Positions 8,327-16,138 of a stretch of DNA of 64,000 nucleotides are shown here, piece by piece. Origin of the DNA: a bacterium. GTDB taxonomy: Bacteria; Patescibacteriota; Patescibacteriia; UBA10025. Numbering within the stretch: the stretch's first letter is position 1; each line of letters starts with the position of its first letter. Location: NCBI GenBank assembly GCA_021815445.1, contig JAKAGM010000001.1, positions 235,527-299,526 on the forward strand, read 5' to 3'. Position numbers and translations under genes: made by a program. Under the pieces are notes generated by a model that worked only from the letters and a program-made list of their open reading frames with translations, made no database searches and was not told the DNA's origin.

Positions 8327-10759
8327 ATGGAGGAAAGAGGGAAACAAACACGTCATCGAAACATCGCCATCCTGCTTCTTGCGGGTATTTTGATAGTGGG
8401 AGCTGTTTTCGTTATGAGCCTGCTTGAACTATGGAAAGCTGCGCACGACGTCGGGGCATCCCAATCATTTATGTTACCGACTGCTTCACTCACGGCGTCT
8501 TTTACATTTGTTGTTGCGGTTGCGATTTTTTTTAGACTTCGTCTTGGCATAGTCCGATCTGCACGGTGGCACGGTAATGGTGCAGGTGCTTCAGGAAAGA
8601 GGGGATTAAGTCTGGTAGAGACACTCATCACCGTAGGCATACTTGCAACGGTAGGCGTTGCACTTCTCGGCACCCTGGTCTCAAGCTTTACGCTTTTGGG
8701 ACGGGCGAAATTGCGCGTGTTAGCGACGGCTGTAGCGACGCGGCAAATGGAGATTCTCCGAAATATGCCCTATGCAAGCCTTGGCACCACGACAGGATGG
8801 CCGAGTGGAAATATTTCTTCTACGCAGACTGTGAGTGAGGGTACCAACAGTTTCACCGTAAAGACCCGCGTGGATTATATTGACGACCCTTTCGACGGGA
8901 ACGCCCAGGGGACGATTCCCGGTAAGCCACGCGACACCGCCCCGACTGATTACAAGCGGGCAGAAGTAACCATACAGTGGGGTAAAAATGAAAGTGTCCA
9001 ACTTTCATCCCGTTTTGCTCCTCCCGGGGTCGAAGCTGACACGGGCACCGGTTCACTTTTTATTCACGTCTTTGGCGCCTACTCTCAGCCGATTCCAAAT
9101 GCAGATGTGCACATTACGAATACAGCGCTGACCCCGCACATTGATATTGCTAATATTACAGATCTGAATGGCGACCTGCAGATTGTCGGTCTTCCCCCGA
9201 GCCAGGGTAGCTATCATATTGTAGTGTCAAAACCCGGGTACTCAACCGATCAAACGTATCCGCCGTCGGCCCAGCTCCCAAATCCCATGCTTGCTGACGT
9301 GTCGGTGAATGCCGGCGATGTTACTCCACTTAGCTTTTCGATTGACGTGACAAGCACGTTGTCAGTACAGACTCTCGCTCAGGATTGTTCAAATGAGGCG
9401 CTTGTCAATTTCAGCCTTCAGGGCACGACGAAGCTCATGGGCACGAATCCCGATACGCCGAAATATTCTCAGACGCTTCAAACTGACGCAAATGGATTAA
9501 AAAATATCACTGACCTAGAATGGGATACTTACACGCTTCTTCTTCAGGAACCGTCTAAGGATATCGCTGGTTATATCCCATATGGTCCGTTGAATATCCT
9601 GCCGAACACGCAGACGACCCTGACGCTCATCCTTGCTCCGAATTCTGCAAACTCCCTACTCGCTACGGTTCGTGACGCAAGTACGAAGCAAACTATTAAT
9701 GACGCCCAAGTTCGACTCACTAAAACCGGATTTGATCAGACGAAGGTTACCGGGAGGGGGTTTTTTACCCAGACGGATTGGTCGGGTGGTCAGGGGCAAA
9801 GCGATTTTACCGATGCGACAAAATATTCTGCTCAAGACGGAAATATTGACGGGACATCAACGACAGGGCAGATTTCACTTTCCACAACGTCAACAACTCC
9901 TGCATTTACTGAAGATTTCGCCTCTGCTGCAAATAAAGATGCCAGCGCGACGACGGCGCGCTGGGACGGCGATGGCATTCTTGAGATTGCCAAAAGCGGT
10001 TCCGATTATCTGGCAAACGGCACGGCTCAGTCAATAAAACTGAATCCTACGAGCGGGTCAGTAATGTCCGCCACGCTCACCGCATCTGAGCAACTTCATG
10101 GACAGACTATTATTTACTCGCTTTCAAATGATGGGGGGAGCACCTTTACCCAAGTGACACCTGGCGTGGAATTGACTTTTCCTCTCGCGGGAAATGATCT
10201 TCGTTTTCGCGGCGACCTGTCTACTAGTGATCCATCTACTACTCCTCAGATTACACAAATACACATCGCATACACAGTCATTGCATATCAGCCGAGCGGA
10301 AACCTTGAATCATCAACATTTGACACAGGATCAGCGAGTGACTTTTCTATACTTTCATGGAACCCTGCTTCCGCACCGCCGGAAACTGGAGCGGGTGCGC
10401 TTCGTTTTCAAATTGCGGCGAATAATGACAAAACAACCTGGAACTATATCGGTCCTGACGGCACCTCGTCAACGTACTTTACGGCAAGCGGGGCTGATGT
10501 TCCCGCCATTCTCGACGGGAATAGGTACATCCGTTATCGGATATTGCTCGGAACGGTAGACAGTTTTTATACGCCTGTCGTCAGCAACATCTCAATCGGG
10601 TACACGTCTGGATGCACGCCCCCGGGGCAGGCGTTTTTTTCCGGCCTTGATGCCGCGACTTATACCATTGATGTCACTCAGCCATCCTATCAGCCTCTGA
10701 CTACTACAGCTGTCGTCAATGGGGACACGATACAGAGTATTTCACTTACGCACTTATAG
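8327..10759 (+). CDS. Large type IV minor pilin-like protein with prepilin cleavage motif and carboxypeptidase-regulatory-like beta-sandwich domains
   Basis: KRG|LSLVETLI type IV motif at G93/L94, hydrophobic helix, then MEILRNMPY, YKRAEVTIQW and repeated Thr-rich beta domains. Confidence 0.8.
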   Translation: MEERGKQTRHRNIAILLLAGILIVGAVFVMSLLELWKAAHDVGASQSFMLPTASLTASFTFVVAVAIFFRLRLGIVRSARWHGNGAGASGKRGLSLVETLITVGILATVGVALLGTLVSSFTLLGRAKLRVLATAVATRQMEILRNMPYASLGTTTGWPSGNISSTQTVSEGTNSFTVKTRVDYIDDPFDGNAQGTIPGKPRDTAPTDYKRAEVTIQWGKNESVQLSSRFAPPGVEADTGTGSLFIHVFGAYSQPIPNADVHITNTALTPHIDIANITDLNGDLQIVGLPPSQGSYHIVVSKPGYSTDQTYPPSAQLPNPMLADVSVNAGDVTPLSFSIDVTSTLSVQTLAQDCSNEALVNFSLQGTTKLMGTNPDTPKYSQTLQTDANGLKNITDLEWDTYTLLLQEPSKDIAGYIPYGPLNILPNTQTTLTLILAPNSANSLLATVRDASTKQTINDAQVRLTKTGFDQTKVTGRGFFTQTDWSGGQGQSDFTDATKYSAQDGNIDGTSTTGQISLSTTSTTPAFTEDFASAANKDASATTARWDGDGILEIAKSGSDYLANGTAQSIKLNPTSGSVMSATLTASEQLHGQTIIYSLSNDGGSTFTQVTPGVELTFPLAGNDLRFRGDLSTSDPSTTPQITQIHIAYTVIAYQPSGNLESSTFDTGSASDFSILSWNPASAPPETGAGALRFQIAANNDKTTWNYIGPDGTSSTYFTASGADVPAILDGNRYIRYRILLGTVDSFYTPVVSNISIGYTSGCTPPGQAFFSGLDAATYTIDVTQPSYQPLTTTAVVNGDTIQSISLTHL

Positions 10760-10762
10760 CAT

Positions 10763-11365
10763 ATGAAAAGCGCACATCGGGGATTTACATTTATTGAAAT
10801 CATGATTACGCTGGCCATCGCTTCAATTGTCGCGGTAATGGTTTCTTCGTTCTACTCCGAAGGCTTGAGGATATGGAGAATGAACAAGTCGCAGATTGAT
10901 GCCCAAAACCAGGCTCGCGCGGCGCTTAACACACTGGTTACCGAGCTGAGGGAAATGGCACGCGCTGATAATGGCGCGTATCCGTTGGAGTCTGCACAGC
11001 AGAATTCGGTCATTTTTTACAGTAATGTCGATGCTGACTCCGCTAATGAACGTGTGAGGTACTTTTTGAGCGGGACTGATCTAAGAAAAGGGATTATCAA
11101 TCCAGTCGGAACTCCCGCTACGTATCCTGCCGCAAATGAGACTGTAACTGTCGTCGCAAAAGATATTGTCAACACGACTCCAATTTTCTATTACCACCCA
11201 GATACCTACACTGGAAGTGAGGCGCCGATGACATACCCGATTTCTCTCGCCGATGTTCGACTTATACGCATCAACCTATCCGTTGACACAAACGTCAATG
11301 AACTGCCTGCGTCAACAGTAATTGAAACAGCGGTCTCATTGAGAAACCTAAAAGATAATTTATGA
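10763..11365 (+). CDS. Type IV minor pilin (PilW/ComGF-like)
   Basis: HRG|FTFIEIMI prepilin motif; C-terminal V.LRNL. Confidence 0.87.
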   Translation: MKSAHRGFTFIEIMITLAIASIVAVMVSSFYSEGLRIWRMNKSQIDAQNQARAALNTLVTELREMARADNGAYPLESAQQNSVIFYSNVDADSANERVRYFLSGTDLRKGIINPVGTPATYPAANETVTVVAKDIVNTTPIFYYHPDTYTGSEAPMTYPISLADVRLIRINLSVDTNVNELPASTVIETAVSLRNLKDNL

Positions 11366-12843
11366 TATCGCTAGTTTGCCGTTATTTCAGGAAAAAATCG
11401 TATCCGCGGGGCGTCCAACTCATTACGGCGCTGATGATTGTTTTCGTTATTGGTGTCTTTGGCGTGGCGACCGCGCAATATATCACGAATGAATTTCACC
11501 TTGCCAGTTATAAAATTGATCGTGACACCGCAATGGAGATTGCTGAGTCGGGTGCGGAATATTACCGCTGGCATCTTGCGCACGTTCAGGATGATTTCAA
11601 AGATGGTACGGGGGTTACAGGCCCGTATGTTCATGATTACTATAACGCCCAGGGGGTGCGTATCGGCCAGTTTAGTCTCACTATTACCCCGCCGCCGACA
11701 GGTTCAACTGTTGTAACCATTGCCTCTACGGGATATTTAATTAAAAGCCCGGACCTAAAGCGCACGGTCACTATCCAAATGGGTATTCCGTCATTCAGCC
11801 AATACGCTGTTGTGGCGAATGATGTTATGCGTTTTGGAACGGGAACAGAGGTGTTCGGACCGATACATTCTAACTTTGGAATTCGTTTTGACGGGTTAGC
11901 CCATAACCTTGTGACAAGCTATGTTGCTCAATATCAGGATCCTGACCATGTCGGAGGTCCGGAATTTGGCGTACACACACATATTTCTCCTGTTGACCCA
12001 TACCCCCCGGCGGCGGCCCCAAATAGGCCGGATGTGTTTGCCGCAGGCAGATCATTCCCAGCTTCTTATGTCAATTTTACCGGGATAACAGTCGATTTGG
12101 GCAGAATGCAGACTGACGCTACTGCAAGTGGGATAGCATTGCCGCTTTCAGGCGTTAATGGATACCATGTCAAGATAAATCCCAACGACACCGTTGATAT
12201 TACGATGGTAAGCACATTGGCAACTTGCCAATACAGAACGGGCGGCAGATGGTATTCGGTAGCTGATATTAATTCCATCGGCTCTGAAACATCATTCACT
12301 TATAAAGGACGTTCTTCGCTGGGTATTCCCTTTCCCGCAAATGGCATTATCTTCCTGAGTGATGACGCATGGGTAGATGGGAACATGAACGGTGGACATC
12401 TAACGATTGTGGCGGCCAAGGACCCGCTGGCTTCCGGAACGGCGAATATTTTTATCAATAATAATCTTACGTACACGAACTATGATGGATCCGATACCCT
12501 GGGCTTAATAGCTCAACAAAATATTGGCGTGGGGTATTACAGTGCCGATATATTAAGAATAGATGCTGCGGTAATCGCGCAGAAAGGATGGGTTCGAAGA
12601 TATTATTACCCGCCGCGCACAGCGAGTACATGGAATCCGGCGAACTGCAACCAGTACGTTTATCGTAACACTATCACAACCTTCGGTTCGATCGCCACAA
12701 ACCAACGCTATGGTTTTGCATACACTGACGGAACGGGGTATCAAATACGAAATCTTACTTTTGACGAGAAGCTTCGCTTTGCTCCGCCGCCCTCATTTCC
12801 CACCACCGGCAAATATTCCATTATTTCCTGGCAGGAAAAGTAA
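11362..12843 (+). CDS. PilX-like minor pilin
   Basis: RG|VQLITALM motif lacking E5, A..IAESG.EY pattern; ATGA overlap with the upstream pilin. Confidence 0.8.
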   Translation: MISLVCRYFRKKSYPRGVQLITALMIVFVIGVFGVATAQYITNEFHLASYKIDRDTAMEIAESGAEYYRWHLAHVQDDFKDGTGVTGPYVHDYYNAQGVRIGQFSLTITPPPTGSTVVTIASTGYLIKSPDLKRTVTIQMGIPSFSQYAVVANDVMRFGTGTEVFGPIHSNFGIRFDGLAHNLVTSYVAQYQDPDHVGGPEFGVHTHISPVDPYPPAAAPNRPDVFAAGRSFPASYVNFTGITVDLGRMQTDATASGIALPLSGVNGYHVKINPNDTVDITMVSTLATCQYRTGGRWYSVADINSIGSETSFTYKGRSSLGIPFPANGIIFLSDDAWVDGNMNGGHLTIVAAKDPLASGTANIFINNNLTYTNYDGSDTLGLIAQQNIGVGYYSADILRIDAAVIAQKGWVRRYYYPPRTASTWNPANCNQYVYRNTITTFGSIATNQRYGFAYTDGTGYQIRNLTFDEKLRFAPPPSFPTTGKYSIISWQEK

Positions 12844-12866
12844 GAGCGTGGAACTATAATTTACTG

Positions 12867-12903
12867 GCTATCACAACGTCATGCGTTGTGGGTAGTTTGT
12901 GTT
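12867..12903 (+). terminator. Probable terminator of the pilin operon
   Basis: CTATCACAACG-tcatg-CGTTGTGGGTAG hairpin followed by TTTGTGTT. Confidence 0.5.
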
Positions 12904-12930
12904 GACAAAAATATCTGCAGGAGCTACGCT
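12902..12930 (+). promoter_or_regulatory. Sigma70 promoter of the small-ORF unit
   Basis: TTGACA-17 nt-TACGCT. Confidence 0.65.
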
Positions 12931-13026
12931 GCCATGTCGGGAAATAGTTCTTTACCAACGAGGGGAATCGAGCGGTTCTAAACAAGGCTCTTCAAAAAAG
13001 AGACTTATCATTAACGGACCACTCAT

Positions 13027-13197
13027 ATGTCGCACAATGAGATGGTCCTGGCAGGCGCGCTACTTGTCCTTCTTGTAGCACGACGACCCAGGACACACAC
13101 CAAGAGATCCAAGGGGTTTCTGAGTGTTGCGGCGATAGTGATCGAGTCTGCCTTTTTCTTCGGCGGTCTCATACTTGTTCTCCTCGGACTACGGTAA
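13027..13197 (+). CDS. 56-aa two-TM small membrane protein (below the ORF-track cutoff)
   Basis: MSHNEMVLAGALLVLLVARRPRTHTKRSKGFLSVAAIVIESAFFFGGLILVLLGLR*, flanked by its own promoter and terminator. Confidence 0.6.
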   Translation: MSHNEMVLAGALLVLLVARRPRTHTKRSKGFLSVAAIVIESAFFFGGLILVLLGLR

Positions 13198-13204
13198 CGG
13201 ATGG

Positions 13205-13240
13205 GCTCTCATACACGGGTATGGGAGCTTTCTTGTTTCT
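13205..13240 (+). terminator. Intrinsic terminator
   Basis: GCTCTCATAC-acgg-GTATGGGAGC stem followed by TTTCTTGTTT. Confidence 0.75.
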
Positions 13241-13246
13241 TGACAC

Positions 13247-13275
13247 TTGACTTTTAATCCTGACCTGCGTACACT
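13247..13275 (+). promoter_or_regulatory. Sigma70 promoter for the EamA gene
   Basis: TTGACT-17 nt-TACACT. Confidence 0.65.
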
Positions 13276-13290
13276 GATTTTCTACAAGGT

Positions 13291-14214
13291 ATGTACGGAT
13301 CATTTTTCATCATGTTTGCGGCGCTGCTATGGAGTCTTGACACACTACTCCGCAAACCGCTGACTGACCATCTCATGAGCTCGACGATAGTATTCTACGA
13401 GCATCTTTTCGGGTTCATCCTGCTTTTACCCTTTCTCATCCGCTCGGCGCGAAAGTTTCTCCAACTCAGTAGACGAGAGTGGTTTAGCGTTCTTTTTATA
13501 GCTGTAGGTGGGTCTGCTCTGGCAACGTACTTTTTTACCGCTTCATTCCAATTCGTGTCACCCTCGGTCTCCATCCTTTTACAGAAAGTCCAGCCGATCA
13601 TCGCTATAGTGATGGCGTCGATGCTCCTCAAGGAAAAGATGGCTAAATCATTTTGGGTGTGGGCCCTTGTTTCTCTCATCGGGGGTTACTTTATCTCATT
13701 CCCTAATGGTATACACGATCTTACCGTCCATCAGGCAAAAGGCATCTTCTTCGCTCTTATTGCGGCATTTCTTTGGGGGGGATCAACGGTGATGGGCAGG
13801 CATCTTATTCGTAAGCTGACATTTCCGACAGTCACTGCCCTCCGTATTAGCGTCGCACTTGTTTTTCTCGCTTTTTTTGTCACAGCGCAAAGAACACTCG
13901 GCGAGCTTGCAAAAATCTCGGGGAGAGATGTGCTTTCTCTCGTTTTGATTACGCTTTTTACCGGAACAGGGGCCCTGTTGATTTACTACTATGGACTTAA
14001 GTCGACAAAAGCTTCCGTTGCAACTATTGCTGAGCTTTTCTTTCCGTTATCCGCAGTGGTCGTCAATTGGATTTTCCTTCATGAGACATTGGTCACCATG
14101 CAGATATTGGGGGGCGTCATTCTGCTCCTCGGCATGTACATGGTGCAAAAGACAGGGCGGCGCCCGGTGAAAGATACTCCGCAAGCTCATGAACCGTCAC
14201 CGGTATCCCACTAG
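13291..14214 (+). CDS. DMT/EamA family transporter
   Basis: About 10 TM segments in two EamA repeats; LLQKVQP..A, LLKEK, YYYGLK.T.AS.A. Confidence 0.9.
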   Translation: MYGSFFIMFAALLWSLDTLLRKPLTDHLMSSTIVFYEHLFGFILLLPFLIRSARKFLQLSRREWFSVLFIAVGGSALATYFFTASFQFVSPSVSILLQKVQPIIAIVMASMLLKEKMAKSFWVWALVSLIGGYFISFPNGIHDLTVHQAKGIFFALIAAFLWGGSTVMGRHLIRKLTFPTVTALRISVALVFLAFFVTAQRTLGELAKISGRDVLSLVLITLFTGTGALLIYYYGLKSTKASVATIAELFFPLSAVVVNWIFLHETLVTMQILGGVILLLGMYMVQKTGRRPVKDTPQAHEPSPVSH

Positions 14215-14269
14215 AGGCCATTTACACCTTCCTATGATTTGTGGATTGAGTGTATCCACACTATTTTGG

Positions 14270-14378
14270 GTAGTTACTCTCATGGAGAAAAGGGGATCTC
14301 TCACTGTTGCGCGAAGGGGTTCTTCGGCTTCGCGTTGCTCGTCTTCAGGACGAAAATCAACCCGTTAGGAGTAATTGC
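14270..14378 (+). ncRNA. Candidate multi-stem structured RNA of unknown family
   Basis: 11-bp closing stem with G-U pairs (14270-80/14368-78) enclosing three hairpins; no convincing ORF. Confidence 0.35.
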
Positions 14379-14415
14379 ATAAACCTAGGAGGTCTCTCGC
14401 TTTTCGCTCGAGATT

Positions 14416-14458
14416 GAAGGTCAAGTTTGCTTCGCTCACTTGACCTTCGGTTTTTATT
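14416..14458 (+). terminator. Strong hairpin/terminator overlapping the downstream -35
   Basis: Perfect 11-bp stem GAAGGTCAAGT/ACTTGACCTTC followed by GGTTTTTATT. Confidence 0.7.
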
Positions 14459-14468
14459 CGGGTATACT
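14440..14468 (+). promoter_or_regulatory. Sigma70 promoter of the small partner-Y polymerase operon
   Basis: TTGACC-17 nt-TATACT. Confidence 0.7.
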
Positions 14469-14526
14469 GATATTAGGGGGTTTAAGACTGAAAAGAGGGG
14501 ATTTCCGACCCCCTAGAACGCACTAT

Positions 14527-14778
14527 ATGCTCGTAGAAACGCTTCAAGAGCCTATCCGCGTGGTTTGCGACTTTGATAAGGAAAAAGTCCGTCCTTTAGC
14601 GTTTTTACGGGCTGGAAGACGGTATGATATCAAAAGGGTGAACTTGATATACCGGAAACGGTTGGGGACGCGGTTCGTTTGGTGTTTTGCGGTATCCGAC
14701 GGCGCCAACACATACGGATTGACCTACGACCCTGAGACGCTCCTATGGAGCTTGACCGAGATACAAGTAGAGGGGTAA
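14527..14778 (+). CDS. Small beta-rich partner of the Y-family polymerase (DUF6504-like)
   Basis: EPIRV...P.AF...GRRY.I..V...F.V......Y.L.YD.....W.L..I pattern; start set to ATG 14527 because the -10 lies inside the longer ORF. Confidence 0.7.
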   Translation: MLVETLQEPIRVVCDFDKEKVRPLAFLRAGRRYDIKRVNLIYRKRLGTRFVWCFAVSDGANTYGLTYDPETLLWSLTEIQVEG

Positions 14779-14792
14779 TACCGTAACTGCCA

Positions 14793-16097
14793 ATGGGTAT
14801 GTCATTCCCGCGCATCATCATGCATATAGATATGAATTCATACTTCGCCTCTGTCGAACAGCAGGCGAATCCTGCGCTGCGCGGAAAACCCGTGGGTGTC
14901 GTTGCAACCATGACGCCTCACGGGTGCATTATTGCATCATCGAAAGAGGCAAAGGCCGTCGGTATTAAAACTGGCTGCCGAGTGGATGAAGCGTTTTTTC
15001 TTTACCCGGCAGTCAGACTAGTTCAGGTAGACCCGCCGAAGTACCGTTCGACAACTGAGAAAATTTTCTCCATCCTCCAAAGATACTCGGAGGATATAGA
15101 GCCGTATTCCATCGATGAAGCATTTGTCAACCTCACCGGCTATGCAAAGTCGTTTAACGAAGCGGTAAGGATCGGCCATGAGATCAAGCGGCAGATTTTT
15201 ACTGAGGCGGGGGAATGGCTGACCAATTCTATCGGCATCGCGCCGACGCGGTGGCTGGCAAAATTCGGGTCTGACATTTGTGAGAAAGGCGGGATTATTG
15301 TACTGCACAAAGAAGACGTACGCAGATATCTAGCCGGGCGTGAACTTACCGAAGCATGGGGGATTGCTGAACGGACGGCGTATAAACTTAACTGTCTCGG
15401 CATCACCACTCTTGACGAGCTTGCGGCGTACTCCCCATACGAATTGCAAAGGGTTTTCGGTATACGCGGGTACGAGCTTTGGGCGAATGTTAACGGTGTT
15501 GAGGTATCGAGCCTTCGCTTAGCAGATAATGGTTATCAGGTACCTAAATCCATCGGGCATTCACATGTACTCCGTAAACAAACTCGCAATATCACATTTC
15601 ATCGCGCTGTGATGATGCGTCTTGCAGAACGTACGGGCCGGAAGCTTCGATCACTTGGTCTCCGCGCAAACGGCATCTTTGCCCACGCGGGACTCCATGA
15701 AGGCGGGCATACGGGTGAAAGTCGCAAGCTCGACAGGCCTATCGAAGGTGGGGAGGAAATTTTTCGACTTTCCTGGGGCATGGTAGAAAAAAGCATCCGC
15801 CTGTCAGCGCCATCATTCCTGAGTCTTGGCGTTTTTCGCTTGTCACCGGATACCGGGCAGCGGTCTCTTTTGCCCACCGTAGAGAACACGGTCCTCTCTC
15901 GGGCGCTCGACGCTATCAATGACCGTTTTGGAGAAGAAACAATAGTGCGGGGGACATTGTTCGGTCTTGAAGGCGACCATGCCCCTGACCGTGTCGGGTT
16001 TCGAAAGACGGTTGAACCAGATAGCCGCGGATTGCTTGCTGCATACAAAGAAGAGCAGCGGGAAAGTCGAGATATTTCCTATGAAAAAAGCGAGTAG
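14793..16097 (+). CDS. dinB: Y-family DNA polymerase (Pol IV/DinB-like)
   Basis: HIDMNSYFASVE, YSIDEAF, LAKFGSD, PKSIGHS, LDAINDRFG; catalytic acidic residues present. Confidence 0.92.
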   Translation: MGMSFPRIIMHIDMNSYFASVEQQANPALRGKPVGVVATMTPHGCIIASSKEAKAVGIKTGCRVDEAFFLYPAVRLVQVDPPKYRSTTEKIFSILQRYSEDIEPYSIDEAFVNLTGYAKSFNEAVRIGHEIKRQIFTEAGEWLTNSIGIAPTRWLAKFGSDICEKGGIIVLHKEDVRRYLAGRELTEAWGIAERTAYKLNCLGITTLDELAAYSPYELQRVFGIRGYELWANVNGVEVSSLRLADNGYQVPKSIGHSHVLRKQTRNITFHRAVMMRLAERTGRKLRSLGLRANGIFAHAGLHEGGHTGESRKLDRPIEGGEEIFRLSWGMVEKSIRLSAPSFLSLGVFRLSPDTGQRSLLPTVENTVLSRALDAINDRFGEETIVRGTLFGLEGDHAPDRVGFRKTVEPDSRGLLAAYKEEQRESRDISYEKSE

Positions 16098-16138
16098 GTG
16101 TGATATACTTAAGTAGGTTAGCTGACATAAATTTTTTC

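Noticed and set aside
13027-13037. Second copy of the dif-like left arm (ATGTCGCACAA)
   Set aside because: There is no matching right arm, and chance 10-11-mer repeats are expected in 64 kb
14339-14356. Hammerhead-like GTC...GGACGAAA stem
   Set aside because: The CUGANGA core is absent
14440-14526. TTG-start extension of the small polymerase partner
   Set aside because: The TTG is part of the promoter -35, and the -10 lies inside the extension
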